This document shows, piece after piece, positions 11,960 to 22,908 of a stretch of DNA of 32,000 nt; positions within the stretch are counted from its first letter, which is position 1, and each line of letters begins with the position of its first letter. This DNA is from Zygophlyctis sp. KS116. Lineage: Eukaryota > Fungi > Chytridiomycota. The notes beneath the pieces were generated by a model that saw only the letters and a program-made list of their open reading frames with translations, searched no databases and was not told the DNA's origin. Where the stretch lies: assembly GCA_054661495.1 (NCBI GenBank), contig BAAFSQ010000075.1, positions 1-32,000 on the forward strand, written 5' to 3'. The position numbers were made by a program, and so were the translations under genes.

Positions 11960-13286
11960 CTATTCCCTACTTAAAAATCCTTCAGAGAAACATTTTCTAA
12001 AAGATCTCTTGCCGACATTCTTGAGTTCGTCCTTATATTCTATAGAGTTCATCGCGATATATCCTTGTGGATCGCAGCGGTCCGGGTATTTGGTATAAAA
12101 GTTTCTATAACCACCTTGAAGTACATACATTTCTGGATAGAATAATGATGGGTATTCATTAAGTTGACGATCAGTTGATCTAAAGTGAAGAGCCCTGATT
12201 TTAAGTCAAGTGTTTAAAAGAATTACATTCTAGGAGCCCTCTGTAATGAATATTCACAATGAAAAATAACAACTCTCTTTGGAGTTTTGGTAGGATTTGA
12301 GAAAAATCTTTCTTCTAATGTTTTCGGACATGATACATTTTCAGCCCCAACTATGTGACCTCCGGCAAATTCAAAAGAATATCGGCAATCAACAATAGTA
12401 AAAGAATCTATGGTTTCAGAATAATCTCCATCTAAAAGAGATATTAACTTTTCATGAAAAATTCTTAATTACAGTTTCGGGAGCAATTTGTTTCAAGTGA
12501 TTCTGACATTGTACAAATGGTAAAAGAGATTCAACTTCCTGAAAGAAAGAACAGTCTGGAGCTGATACAGTTTTTACGCATTTCAATGCTTTAGATGTAT
12601 CAGTTCCAAAATTTTGACAATGATTATTATTCGCAGCTTTCTATGCATAAAAAATATTCATTAATGTACAGGGACTTTGGAAGATCTAGCATTCCAATGA
12701 CTTACGCCAGAATTTGATTTTAGCATTGTACGTGTAATTTCTTTTCTGTTAAATGGAGGAACTGGCGGTCTATTTCCTTTAAATAAAACAGAACAGTCGC
12801 TATTATTGTTAATAAATTAGGTATACTTTTCAAATAAAGTGGAATCTTTGTCCGATTGAAACTTTTTAAACAAGTGCATTTCTTGATTGTTTGAGTTCGG
12901 GCCTTGCAGTCTACCATAAGCAGTTTGAGTCCTTGAAAATTGTCTCTTTGCCGGCAATGCAAAAGATCCAACTGGAGACTTAAATAAGTCATCACTTAAT
13001 TCATTTTTAGCATGTGCCAGATCTTGAAGTAAGCACCTACGTGGTGTTTTGAGTCTTTGAGTTAAACCAACTAGTAATACCCTTGGTTTTGAATGCTAAA
13101 GTTTACATCCATATCCAATGCTAGAACTGACAGTGGGGATTTCATGGCAAATATTCCTGTAAGATCCATTCCTTCTGCGCCTTGCTTTGGAGACCGTGGA
13201 AATCCAGAAACATCAGAATTATCTAAACCATTTGAAGTAAAATCTATATTGAATGTTTGTAAGGTCATAGTATTCATATTATCCAT
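11960..13286 (-). CDS. CDC25: Cdc25/Mih1 M-phase inducer phosphatase, 6 exons; catalytic domain missing from the ORF track
   Basis: The spliced product contains IVDCRYSFEFAGGHIVGA, the active-site HCEYSLQRAP (HCX5R), DRQLNEYPSLFYPEMYVLQGGY and CDPQGYIAM. It has an SP/TP-containing N-terminal region and ends FSEGFLSRE*. Confidence 0.94.
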
Positions 13287-14050
13287 ATTTTAAAAGTTAT
13301 TATCGTTCCTATGGTATAAATAATGCAAAGCGCTAAAGAAAACTCAAGATCTCAAAGAGAATTAAATATAACAAACCGTTAGCGATAGCATACCTATTAA
13401 AAGTATTAAAATTAGTATGTGACACGCTATATTAATTAGTTGTAAAGGATACGTCACTACTATAACCCCGAATGATCAAATGGAACTACCATATATGACT
13501 GGATGGAAACAATTTATAGAGATTTATTATAAATTAAAAGTAGTAGAGATTATTCATTGAGCGCTGCAAAACTGCTAAATTTCCAGGATAATTGTTGTGT
13601 TTTAGATAACTTTCACGATTGATTTTGGCCTCTAAAAATGAATTTGATCTCTTAATTTAGGTAGTGTAGTCCATTTTTCCAGGTCAACCCACATGGATAT
13701 TGAACGTCCGAATTTTGCACTAACCAGCCCAAATCGGTGGCACCAACGACTACAACGAAGAGTAATTATGGGGAACCGAAAAACTGCTAGTTATCTTAAT
13801 CAATCCATTCATGATCGATTCTAAAAAAAGTATGCTATTGGCTTCCCCTTTAAGGATTTAATTGAGTTTTTCCATCGAAATTTTCAGCTTTTTGTAGGTA
13901 TATTTATTCACATCATAGAATTCAATAAATTTTATTTTATGGTATATCTTTGCTAGATATATGCTATTATGACCTCACGGGCCACGATTGCTCCGATCGC
14001 GTTGATTTAAACGGAAACATTGCGATCGTTAATATAATATAGTAAATAGT

Positions 14051-17034
14051 ATGAGTAAAAGCCAAAACAAGCAGGTATCAAGCACTCAAATTCAGCAAAA
14101 AAGTCGATCGCAGTCTATTCCAAAGCCTCCATGCATTCCTCCCCCGCCAATTCCAACGTCTGAAAGCAATAATAATGAGATTTATGGGTTTAAAAAAGAA
14201 GGCGAAAGGCTACGTACTGCTAGTGAAAGTAAAATATCTACTATAGCTGCTAAAAGCAATCAAGATGAAGATAATACATTATACAAGCGTAAAAAGACTC
14301 CTCGTTCAGTCTCTTTCTCGAGATCAAAAAATCCAAGACGTAGAACATCTACAGGGAAAAGTATATTGAAAAAATCTACAGCTGAAAGTCAAGATCTAGT
14401 TTCAAAAGAATCAATCGACGGTATTTTTTACAAAACTTATTTAAGATTCCGGACATTCAACTAAAATTAAGAATATGAAGTCATCAAAAAAAGAAAATCC
14501 TACTAGAGTCAAATCTACTGAATCTGTACAAAAAGATGAAAATAGAGGGCGATCGTCATCAGCACGAAGAAGTTCGGGCAGATTAACCAAGATCCCTGTA
14601 GTCCTTCCAGATCCAGTTGTATCCACGGCTCAAGAAACTTCAGAAAAGAATCCTATAATAACAGATTTGGTCGTGGAAACTATTCAGAATCCATCCATAT
14701 TTTCTCATTTAGGAAAAAATGAGTCTGATTTTGTTGATCAAATACTAAAGATACATATTCATGGCGCTGATGAGCTTATAACTGATGTTAATATAAGAAA
14801 TCCATTGGTTCGAGTCAGCTTGATAGGTAAGCAAACCAAAGATAATCATATAGATATAAACACAGGAAAGTATGTTACAAAGAGTAAAATGGAGCGTAAA
14901 GTTACTTCTGCAATTGAATCAGACTATTTAAATGTCATCCTTCCAACTTTAACCCAAGTAAATAGATATAGCTCATCTCTAGATATATTCATTCAGTACA
15001 GTTCAATCGAATGAGCCAAAATGGGAAGAGGAGCTTATTTACAATGAAGATTATTTGCATATTCTTCAGCCAAATATCATTATTGGATTTGAGATTTTAA
15101 ATTTGATTAAAAGCAAGCGATCGCTATCAAAGTATTTATAGTAAAATAACTTCAAGGGAAACCGATGGTTGGAATAAAATAGCGTGGGGATTCATTAAAG
15201 TCATTGGACAAAATGGAAAAGTTAATACGGAGCAAAAGGTTGAATGCTCATATTTTTGATTTTTTAGGCTCGCTTGCAGTTATTTAAATATCCATTGACT
15301 TTACCTTGGACTAAGAAACTTAGTGGAGTATCAGATCTTTTTTTCGCTTACAAGTCAGCTCGGGTAAAGTACCCCTCCACTTTGTACGTGACTGTAAGTG
15401 GAGCTCCAAAAATGGATTTTGTACAAGTTAAAAATCGCCCCAGATATCCTACAGAAATAGAAACGGGCCGAATGACTTTGACTCAGGTGCGTTTTTATAT
15501 CGGATAACATAATTAGATGGTTAAATCTCAAGTGAATAGAAAAACGGGTATTTCGAGAAGTTTGTTAAATATTAATTCAACGGTAATATTTTAAAAGCTG
15601 ATGATCAGCAGGAAAGTTGGAGATATAAAAAAGGCCATCCCTTTAAGCTTCCAAATAAGATAATTTATGGAATTGACTGTGGACTGCGGTATGATATGTT
15701 GCTTCATATATAGAGGTGCTTTTTCTTGCTCCTTTTCTCATAATGGACTGTATTTGGCCATAGCGTGCGTGGGCTCTAATACATATCCAATCAAAGTGTA
15801 CGACATGATCGGCGGTGAAAGGGTAGCTACACTAGAAGGTCACCAAGATTTAGTTTATAAACTAACCTGGTCCTCAGACGATACGTAATTCTGCCCATGA
15901 TTTTTGATATCTAGAGAACTCTTGTCCGCATCATCAGATTCAACAGTTCGTGTATGGAATTTTGATGAAAGCGGGTCTGTATATAATGTCGGTAATATTT
16001 CGCATGCGTCATTTGTATATAATGTTGTTTATCATCCGTTATTTTGCAACGATAAAAAGTACTTTCCTTTTTTTGAATAATATATAGAGTGATTGTGACT
16101 GCTGGATATGATGGATTGATTCGGGTCTGGGAATACAATTTTGAATCCAAGATCGCCCCAGTATGCATTAACACCGCTTTAGGCCATAAGAATTATATCA
16201 ATTCCTTACTCTTTGATGAAGATGGTTTGAAATTATATTCTGCCGATTCTGCCGGTTTTATCAAAGTTTGGGATTCTAGTCTAAATGAAGATCAAAAGCC
16301 AATTTTCAAATGCATAACAACCGTGGACATTTTCTATGTAACCAACATGCATAAGCGCTTATATATAGGGAATCCCGATTTGTCATTTATCGATTCATTC
16401 TGCCTCTAGAAAAATTCTGGTACAAACTACATCAAACACTTTACATATTCTTGATTCTAGAATTCTCAAAGTTTTAACTCACATCGATCCTCTCCCAAAA
16501 CCATTCTTAAAAAAGAATTTTGTCACTCCCATCCTTCCGCCTTTACCAAATCCGATGCATAATTTATTTAGAAGATCCCAATTCTCTCCTTGTGGAACTT
16601 ATATTCTCTCTGGAACGACCATTTATGAGGCGGATTCTGGAAAAAGAGCCGGCATGTATAGCTCATATGGTCCCGTAACTGATGTCGCCTGGCATCCAAA
16701 TGATTTCATGTGCTGTTTGGTCGAGTATGGCAGCTGTCGGACAAATGTTTATACTTACGACTCATCTTGCAAGAACTTAACGGTAAAATATTTTATTTAA
16801 ACGTTGAAGTGTCCCAAGGCAGAAATCATAAATATGAAAGTAACAGCAACCAAGTCTCATCACGATTCTATTGCATCGCCCCTAAGGAATTCAGTATCGG
16901 ACACTTTGAGAAACGCTTTGACGCAGTTAAAGCTTGGAGAAGATTTATTTAGTAATTTAAGCGACTAATAATATTTAGGCGGGCCAAAGATTGGGCGATT
17001 AGAAGGAGTACCAGCCAAGACAGTAGGGATTTAA
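14051..17034 (+). CDS. AHI1: Jouberin/AHI1-like ciliary transition-zone protein (C2-like + WD40), about 14 exons
   Basis: About 13 introns of 25-31 nt. Motifs PLVRVSLID..TGKYV, ILPTLTQ, PKWEEELIYNE, WNKIAWGFIKVIGQNG, RLQLFKYP and YPSTLYVTV are followed by WD40 repeats (FSHNGLYLA, GHQDLVY, TAGYDGLIRVW). Confidence 0.88.
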
Positions 17035-17060
17035 ATTAAGAAAGTATGTGATCAAAATAT

Positions 17061-18427
17061 TTATTCTTCAACTTGTAAAGTCAATAGCCCCACTTCGTCA
17101 GCACTCTTAACAATTCTTTCCGCATCATCCTTGGACAAAGTCGCTAAATATTCGTTTATTTTGTCTACATCTTGCAATAAAATGGCTTCTATTTATTTTA
17201 TAATCTAAATGTAATACCTTGAAAGTCACGATCAAAGCCTGCAAAAACCTCTGCACGCTTCTCACCTTCTCCATCCGGTCCTACTGGGAGAGCAAAAGAT
17301 CCATCAGGCTGCTTAGCAGCTTCGACTCTTGCCAATGCTTCTAATTGCTCCCGCCGCTCTTCCTCTTGAGTCTGAGCATGAATTTCCTTTACTCTATTCT
17401 GAATGCGAGCAAAAGTATCTGCGCAATCCTTTCTAAACATATCCATTGCTGCTCTGGAAGAAGTTTCCATCCTTTTCATTATAAAATTCAAATACCTTTT
17501 AAAAAACATACTTATACCATCTTTTCCCAATAATCCACAATATTGAAGGATCAATGACTGATGAACACAATTTTTGGCTTCTTTTGACTTACCAGCCATT
17601 TCCAGTCTAAAAGCCTCTGCCAAAATTTCATCTGAATATTTCTGACATGCTAATTCAGGATTACAACTCAAAGCCTTGAAAGATGATTCGATACTAGTCA
17701 AATGAGCAAACTTTTCAGCAGGCGGATAAGTAATATAATCTTCTTCTCCTTGTTCATCCATTGATTCAGAATTTGCAGTTTTTGAAGGATCGTGTATAGT
17801 TTCAACAACCATTTCCTTTTTAGAACTTGATTCAGCAGCAGCAGCCACCGCAACAGGAACAGACTCTACTTTTTTCTGAGCAATAGACTAAATTTAGCAT
17901 TTTTTTAAAATTACTGATTTATCAAACCCAGTTTTCATTGTTTCAGAGGTAATTTTTTTAGATATTTCTACCTGTTCCTTTTCTAATTCTATAGAAACCT
18001 CTTTTTGACGATTTTCCAGTTTTAAAATCCAATCTTGAACATTTTTAGTTTCAACAATTTCTGCCATCATTTTATCTAAATCTATCCTTTGCTTTAAAAA
18101 TGGATCTGGCAGAGGATAATCCCAAGCAGGATTTCTATCAGTCATAACCATTTCATAAACTTTTTTCTCAAAATCCTTATTCCAGTCTCGAACTAGCATC
18201 TGTAATTCATTTAAATCGTCAATACTTTTGAGCTGTGAGACTATTTTTAGAGAGAGATCATTTTCCATTTTTAGCGCTGAAACTTTATCTTGGCGGTCCT
18301 TTCTTTTCGCATGAATCTGACTCTGCTTCCATCTGATCATTGACTTTTTATCTACGTTTGGATGGCACTCAAAATCCTCATCGTCTGATAGTTCAATTGC
18401 ATCCCATTTGGAGTAATCCACTGGCAT
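17061..18427 (-). CDS. CDC37: Hsp90 kinase co-chaperone Cdc37, 4 exons
   Basis: Canonical N-terminus MPVDYSKWDAIELSDDEDFECHPNVDKKSMIRWKQ and middle-domain VHQSLILQYC. Introns of 27, 24 and 30 nt. Confidence 0.95.
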
Positions 18428-18573
18428 TTGGCAACTCGACCACAAACACACAATTGTCAAGGATCCTAAATCTAAGCTAGAAGGCATGTCCGAACCATTA
18501 TTGTACTGTTTTTGTATCATGTATGCATGTATCTAATCTTACTTGAAACTACCGCATGCATATGCATCATGAA

Positions 18574-18599
18574 ATCAATAGATCAATAGATCAATAGAT
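18574..18599. repeat. 8-nt tandem repeat (ATCAATAG x3) in the CDC37/ORC5 divergent spacer
   Basis: atcaatagatcaatagatcaatagat. Confidence 0.8.
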
Positions 18600-18676
18600 A
18601 AAGAGGGATTAAAACAAAATTATGAATTCTAGAGCAAAAAATTAAAAATTAAATCCGCTGTAAATTTAAAAAAGAT

Positions 18677-19849
18677 ATGCGCTTACAACAATTGTCTTAT
18701 CTAAAATCTCTCAAAGAGTTTCCTCCAAATGTTTTATTCATTACCGGTCCTTCTTCATCCGGTAAAAGTACAACTGTAAGAGAATGGTCCGAATCTCTAG
18801 TAACAAAATCGTTTTCTAATTTAAAATCCAAGTATTCTCAACAACTTTTATTTGAAGATATTCTAAATCAGATTTCAAATACTAAAAGTAATCATGAAAA
18901 TGGATTTAAAGTCTATTCTCGCTGTGAATCCAAACAAGAATTTATTCTTGAGCTACAATCACTAAATCTAGACAATTATTTTATAATATTGGATTCTGTA
19001 GAGAAATTAGATTCAAGTCTATTCAATTTTTTTACAAAATTACCAGAAATTATTAAAGGGACTGTAGTATTGATTTCAAAGGTTTCTTGGACTGATTTAA
19101 TATCTCTTGGAAATTCTCTAGTCAATCCTCTAATTTTAGAATTTCCTGCTTATACTAGAGATGAGATTTTAGATATTTTATCTCTAGATTGTCCAATGGA
19201 TGAACAAGTGGAATTTTATCGTACTTTTGTGAAAATAGTCTATGAAACAGTCTATAGACCAACTAAAAATTTGGATGAAATTAGGACTTTGTCTCTTGTA
19301 TTATTTCCAAAATTCATAGAACCAATTCAACAAGGAAAAGCTAAAAAGGAAGAAATTTCTAAATTAGTCTCTAATGTTTCAAGTTATCTAAAAGAAATTG
19401 GGTCTAGTCTTATACTGGGAACTTTTACGTCTACAAATTCTTTAGAACTGCCATACTATACCAAATTCTTACTAATTTCAAGTTTTTTAGCCTCTTTTAA
19501 TCCTCCAAGATTGGATGTACGGTTTTTCTCAAAAGAAAAAGAAGCAAGAGGGATTTTAAAGAGAAAGAAATCTACTAAAATACGTCAACAGTTGCTTGGA
19601 CCTAGAATATTTCCTTTTAGTAGAATGTTGGCGATTTTCTATTCTATAATTGATGAACCTTTACAAGATTCAATCATTATTAATCAGCAAGTGACTACTC
19701 TAGTCAATTTAAAATTACTCTCTAGAATTTCATCTCAGGACAAATTAGATGGACTGAAATTCAAGTGTAATTCCCCTTTTGAAATTGTCAATGCAGTAGC
19801 AAGTTCTGTTAAAATGGATCTAGTAAAGTACTTGAATGAGTGGATCTAA
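18677..19849 (+). CDS. ORC5: Origin recognition complex subunit 5, apparently intronless
   Basis: Walker A GPSSSGKS, FPAYT, and C-terminal LPYYTKFLLISSFLASFNPPRLDVRFF...LLGPRIFPFSRMLAIFYSI. Confidence 0.95.
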   Translation: MRLQQLSYLKSLKEFPPNVLFITGPSSSGKSTTVREWSESLVTKSFSNLKSKYSQQLLFEDILNQISNTKSNHENGFKVYSRCESKQEFILELQSLNLDNYFIILDSVEKLDSSLFNFFTKLPEIIKGTVVLISKVSWTDLISLGNSLVNPLILEFPAYTRDEILDILSLDCPMDEQVEFYRTFVKIVYETVYRPTKNLDEIRTLSLVLFPKFIEPIQQGKAKKEEISKLVSNVSSYLKEIGSSLILGTFTSTNSLELPYYTKFLLISSFLASFNPPRLDVRFFSKEKEARGILKRKKSTKIRQQLLGPRIFPFSRMLAIFYSIIDEPLQDSIIINQQVTTLVNLKLLSRISSQDKLDGLKFKCNSPFEIVNAVASSVKMDLVKYLNEWI

Positions 19850-19856
19850 AAACTTT

Positions 19857-20126
19857 TTATTTAGAGTGTTTAGCCAAATATTCCACAGCTTCATTTTTCA
19901 AGATTTGTTGTTCAGTCGCTAATTTGACATTTGAGACTATTTTATCCCATTTACCCTGAGGATCTAGAATTAATTAAATAAACTTACGATCCATCATTTT
20001 TGTATGAGCAAAGGAAAACAAGAACCAGATGGTAGAGCCTGAAATCATAAATGGAAAGTAGAGCTTGAGAAATGGTGCCGGATATACTCGTTGGCCTAAA
20101 AAGGTCTTGAAATGCGTCGCAGTCAT
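19857..20126 (-). CDS. ATP18: Mitochondrial ATP synthase subunit i/j, 2 exons (24-nt intron 19964-19987); absent from the ORF track
   Basis: MTATHFKTFLGQRVYPAPFLKLYFPFMISGSTIWFLFSFAHTKMMDHPQGKW...KHSK* resembles the fungal Atp18 N-terminus (P.P.LK.Y.PF...G plus one TM). Confidence 0.75.
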
Positions 20127-20202
20127 TCCTTGATTTCTTTTTTTTCAGTAAAAATTGGTCGCGTTTTCAAAGAAATTGTCAAAATCTCAAATTTATTCAA
20201 AC

Positions 20203-21964
20203 TTAGGACTTTGGTCCAGCAGCAAGAACATCAGCAGAGGCCTTGTCAGCATAATTCTTGAAATTCTCAATGAATAAGCCTGCCAGTTTGTTTAAAGTGG
20301 CACGGTAAGAAGCTTCGGTACCAGTCCAGGTTTTAGCAGGCTAGAAATAAAATTATAAAAAATTACATTTAAAATATCACTGGGAACTCCAGGACAAGTC
20401 TTGGGGATTTGAAGTCCAAACTTATCATAAGTCTCATACTCAACTTTAGCAAGTTCTCCAGAATGGATTGCATCAATTATAGCACGAGAATATTTCAGAG
20501 AAATACGTTTGCCTACTCCATAAGCTCCACCATTCCATCCAGTGTTAATAAGCCAGGCATCAGCAGCATGATGTTGCATCTTATCTGCCAACATGGTCGC
20601 ATATTTTACTGGATGCCAAACTAAGAAAGGTGCTCCAAAGCAAGTACTTTAAAGTTACTCAAACAATATCTTACGAAAAGGTGGCACTAGGCTCAGTGAC
20701 TCCTTCTTCAGTTCCAGCAACTTTAGCAGTATAACCAGAAATAAAGTGATACATAGCTTGTGAAGGAGTAAGCTTAGATACTGGAGGCAATACTCCAAAG
20801 GCATCACAAGTAAGCATGATGATGTTGGAAGGGTGCCCCCCAACACATGGGATCTTGGCATTTGGAATAAACTCGATAGGATAGGCACATCGAGTATTTT
20901 CAGTAAGAGAAGAATTGGAATAATCTACAATTCTGCTACTAGGATTATAGACTACATTCTCCACTACAGACCCAAATCTAATTGCATTGAAAATTTCTGG
21001 CTCTTTTTCTGCAGAAAGATCAATGCATTTTGCATAACATCCACCTTCAATGTTGAAAATCCCATTCTCAGACCAACAGTGTTCGTCATCACCAATCAAA
21101 TGTCTATGAGGGTCAGCAGATAATGTTGTTTTTCCAGTTCCAGAAAGACCAAAAAAGAGAGAAACACCATTTTCTCCTTCATTGGCTGAAGAATGAAGTG
21201 ATAAGACTCCAGTCTTTGGCATCAAATAGTGCATCACGGTAAAAATTCTAAGATTTAGCCACTTATATAATTACCCCTTTTTCATTTCCCCGGCATATTG
21301 AGTGCCCAAAATCACCATTTCTCTACGTTTAAAATTGAGAGATACAGATGTGGTAGAAGTCATTCCAGTAGTATATCTATTGGCTGGAAACTCACCAGCA
21401 TTGAAAATGGTAAAATCCGGTGTTCCAAACTTTTCTAATTCATCATTGGTTGGTCTAATAAGCATATTTCTCATAAAGAGTGCATGATATGCTCTAGCAC
21501 AGACAACACGAACTTTAATTCGATAATTGGGATCCCATCCAGCAAACCCATCAAAGACATACAATCTATCACGAGTATTCAAGTAGTCAATAGCTCTTTC
21601 TCTATTCACCATGAAAGAGTTTTCAGACATTTTAGTGTTTACAGGGCCCCACTGACCTTTTACAGAATGTCAAACTTACCCAAATATCTTCAACCGACGA
21701 AGCCTCTTCTACTATCCGTTTATCCTTTGGACTTCTTCCCTTTTTCGCACCAGAGTCAGTTGCTAATGCTCCAGAAGCAGTAATTGCAGTTCCTCGCTCA
21801 TAAGCAATAGCTTGCTCATACAATACAGGGACAGAAGCATTTCTCAAGATAGGTTTTGTATAATCAACTCGACATTCCTTGTGAAGAGCTTCATGGATTT
21901 CATCACTAGTATATTGACAGATGTTGACTTACTGGTGCTCTACTAGAGACGATGAAGACGACAT
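20203..21964 (-). CDS. PCK1: Phosphoenolpyruvate carboxykinase (ATP), 6 exons
   Basis: [50 protein letters not shown] and WLINTGW motifs. Introns of 27, 28, 27, 28 and 26 nt. Confidence 0.97.
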
Positions 21965-22062
21965 TTTTCAGTTTTATCAAAACGCGACACGCGTAAGCAT
22001 TTTATTGGACGCCGGTGCACAATTCAATTTATTCTTTTTACTATATCTAGACAACCTTGTTT

Positions 22063-22908
22063 TTAGTCAATCTTAAATTTCTGGACAGGATTAGTTTGAC
22101 CACCTAAAAGTCCATATATAGCAGCCATTATGGATCCAATTATGTAAGCAACAAAATATAGTGTAATAATCACCAATGATCCAATCACAAAAACAATCCC
22201 TCCAACTACAGCTGAAATAAACTGAAAAACTTTTAGTAGAGGTGATTTTTTAGGTAGCCCTTGATTTTCCCCATAAGAAGATAAAGATTTAGTAATAGCT
22301 TCAGATCCTAAAAGTATACTTTGCGGCAACGAACAAGATTCTTGAGATCTTGGAAAAGATTTGTGGACAAATTTCTTAAACTTTTGAATCTTTTCTAGAA
22401 CAGTATTCTCTAATCCCTTCCATACATGAATCACTGATTGAACCCATCTTGGCAATATTTTACTAAAACGTGCCAAATGATCTGCCAGAGTCTCTTCCCA
22501 TTTGTCCTTTACTGCTTCAGAACATTCATATTTTTCTTCATCAGAGACTTGTCCATATGCCGATCTATTTTGTTTGAATCTGTTGACTATTATTCTTAAA
22601 TCGTCTTCAAAAGCTCTAGTTAGATTCTCTTTAAAGCCAGATATTTTATCTCTCAATTCCTTGGACACTATAGCATGACGTTTCAATAGTAGAATAGAAT
22701 CCAATTTCTCCATTGATTGTGCAATTGCTAAACTCAAGTTTCCCTTTACCATATCCATTAAATGGTTAAATCCATCATCATTTTTAACAATAGATCCTTG
22801 AGTGATCAAACCACTTTCTGCCAAATGAAGATCGCTTTCAGAAAGTATATTATTGCTAGAAACAACTCCACAGATCAAGAAAGATAGGACGGTTAGCAGA
22901 AACTTCAT
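22063..22908 (-). CDS. Uncharacterised protein with signal peptide, helical ectodomain and long C-terminal hydrophobic segment
   Basis: Intronless 281-aa ORF with MKFLLTVLSFLICGVVSS leader and a hydrophobic stretch of about 40 aa near the C-terminus. Confidence 0.75.
   Translation of the reverse strand: MKFLLTVLSFLICGVVSSNNILSESDLHLAESGLITQGSIVKNDDGFNHLMDMVKGNLSLAIAQSMEKLDSILLLKRHAIVSKELRDKISGFKENLTRAFEDDLRIIVNRFKQNRSAYGQVSDEEKYECSEAVKDKWEETLADHLARFSKILPRWVQSVIHVWKGLENTVLEKIQKFKKFVHKSFPRSQESCSLPQSILLGSEAITKSLSSYGENQGLPKKSPLLKVFQFISAVVGGIVFVIGSLVIITLYFVAYIIGSIMAAIYGLLGGQTNPVQKFKID

Noticed and set aside
13625-13680. TTTTGGC...GTGTAGT resembling the U2 snRNA 5' end
   Set aside because: The spacing is wrong, and it lacks GTAGTATC and stem I/II.
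18428-18520. N-terminal extension of CDC37 from the ATG at 18520
   Set aside because: Cdc37 canonically starts at MPVDYSKWD (18427). The upstream ATG probably lies outside the transcript.
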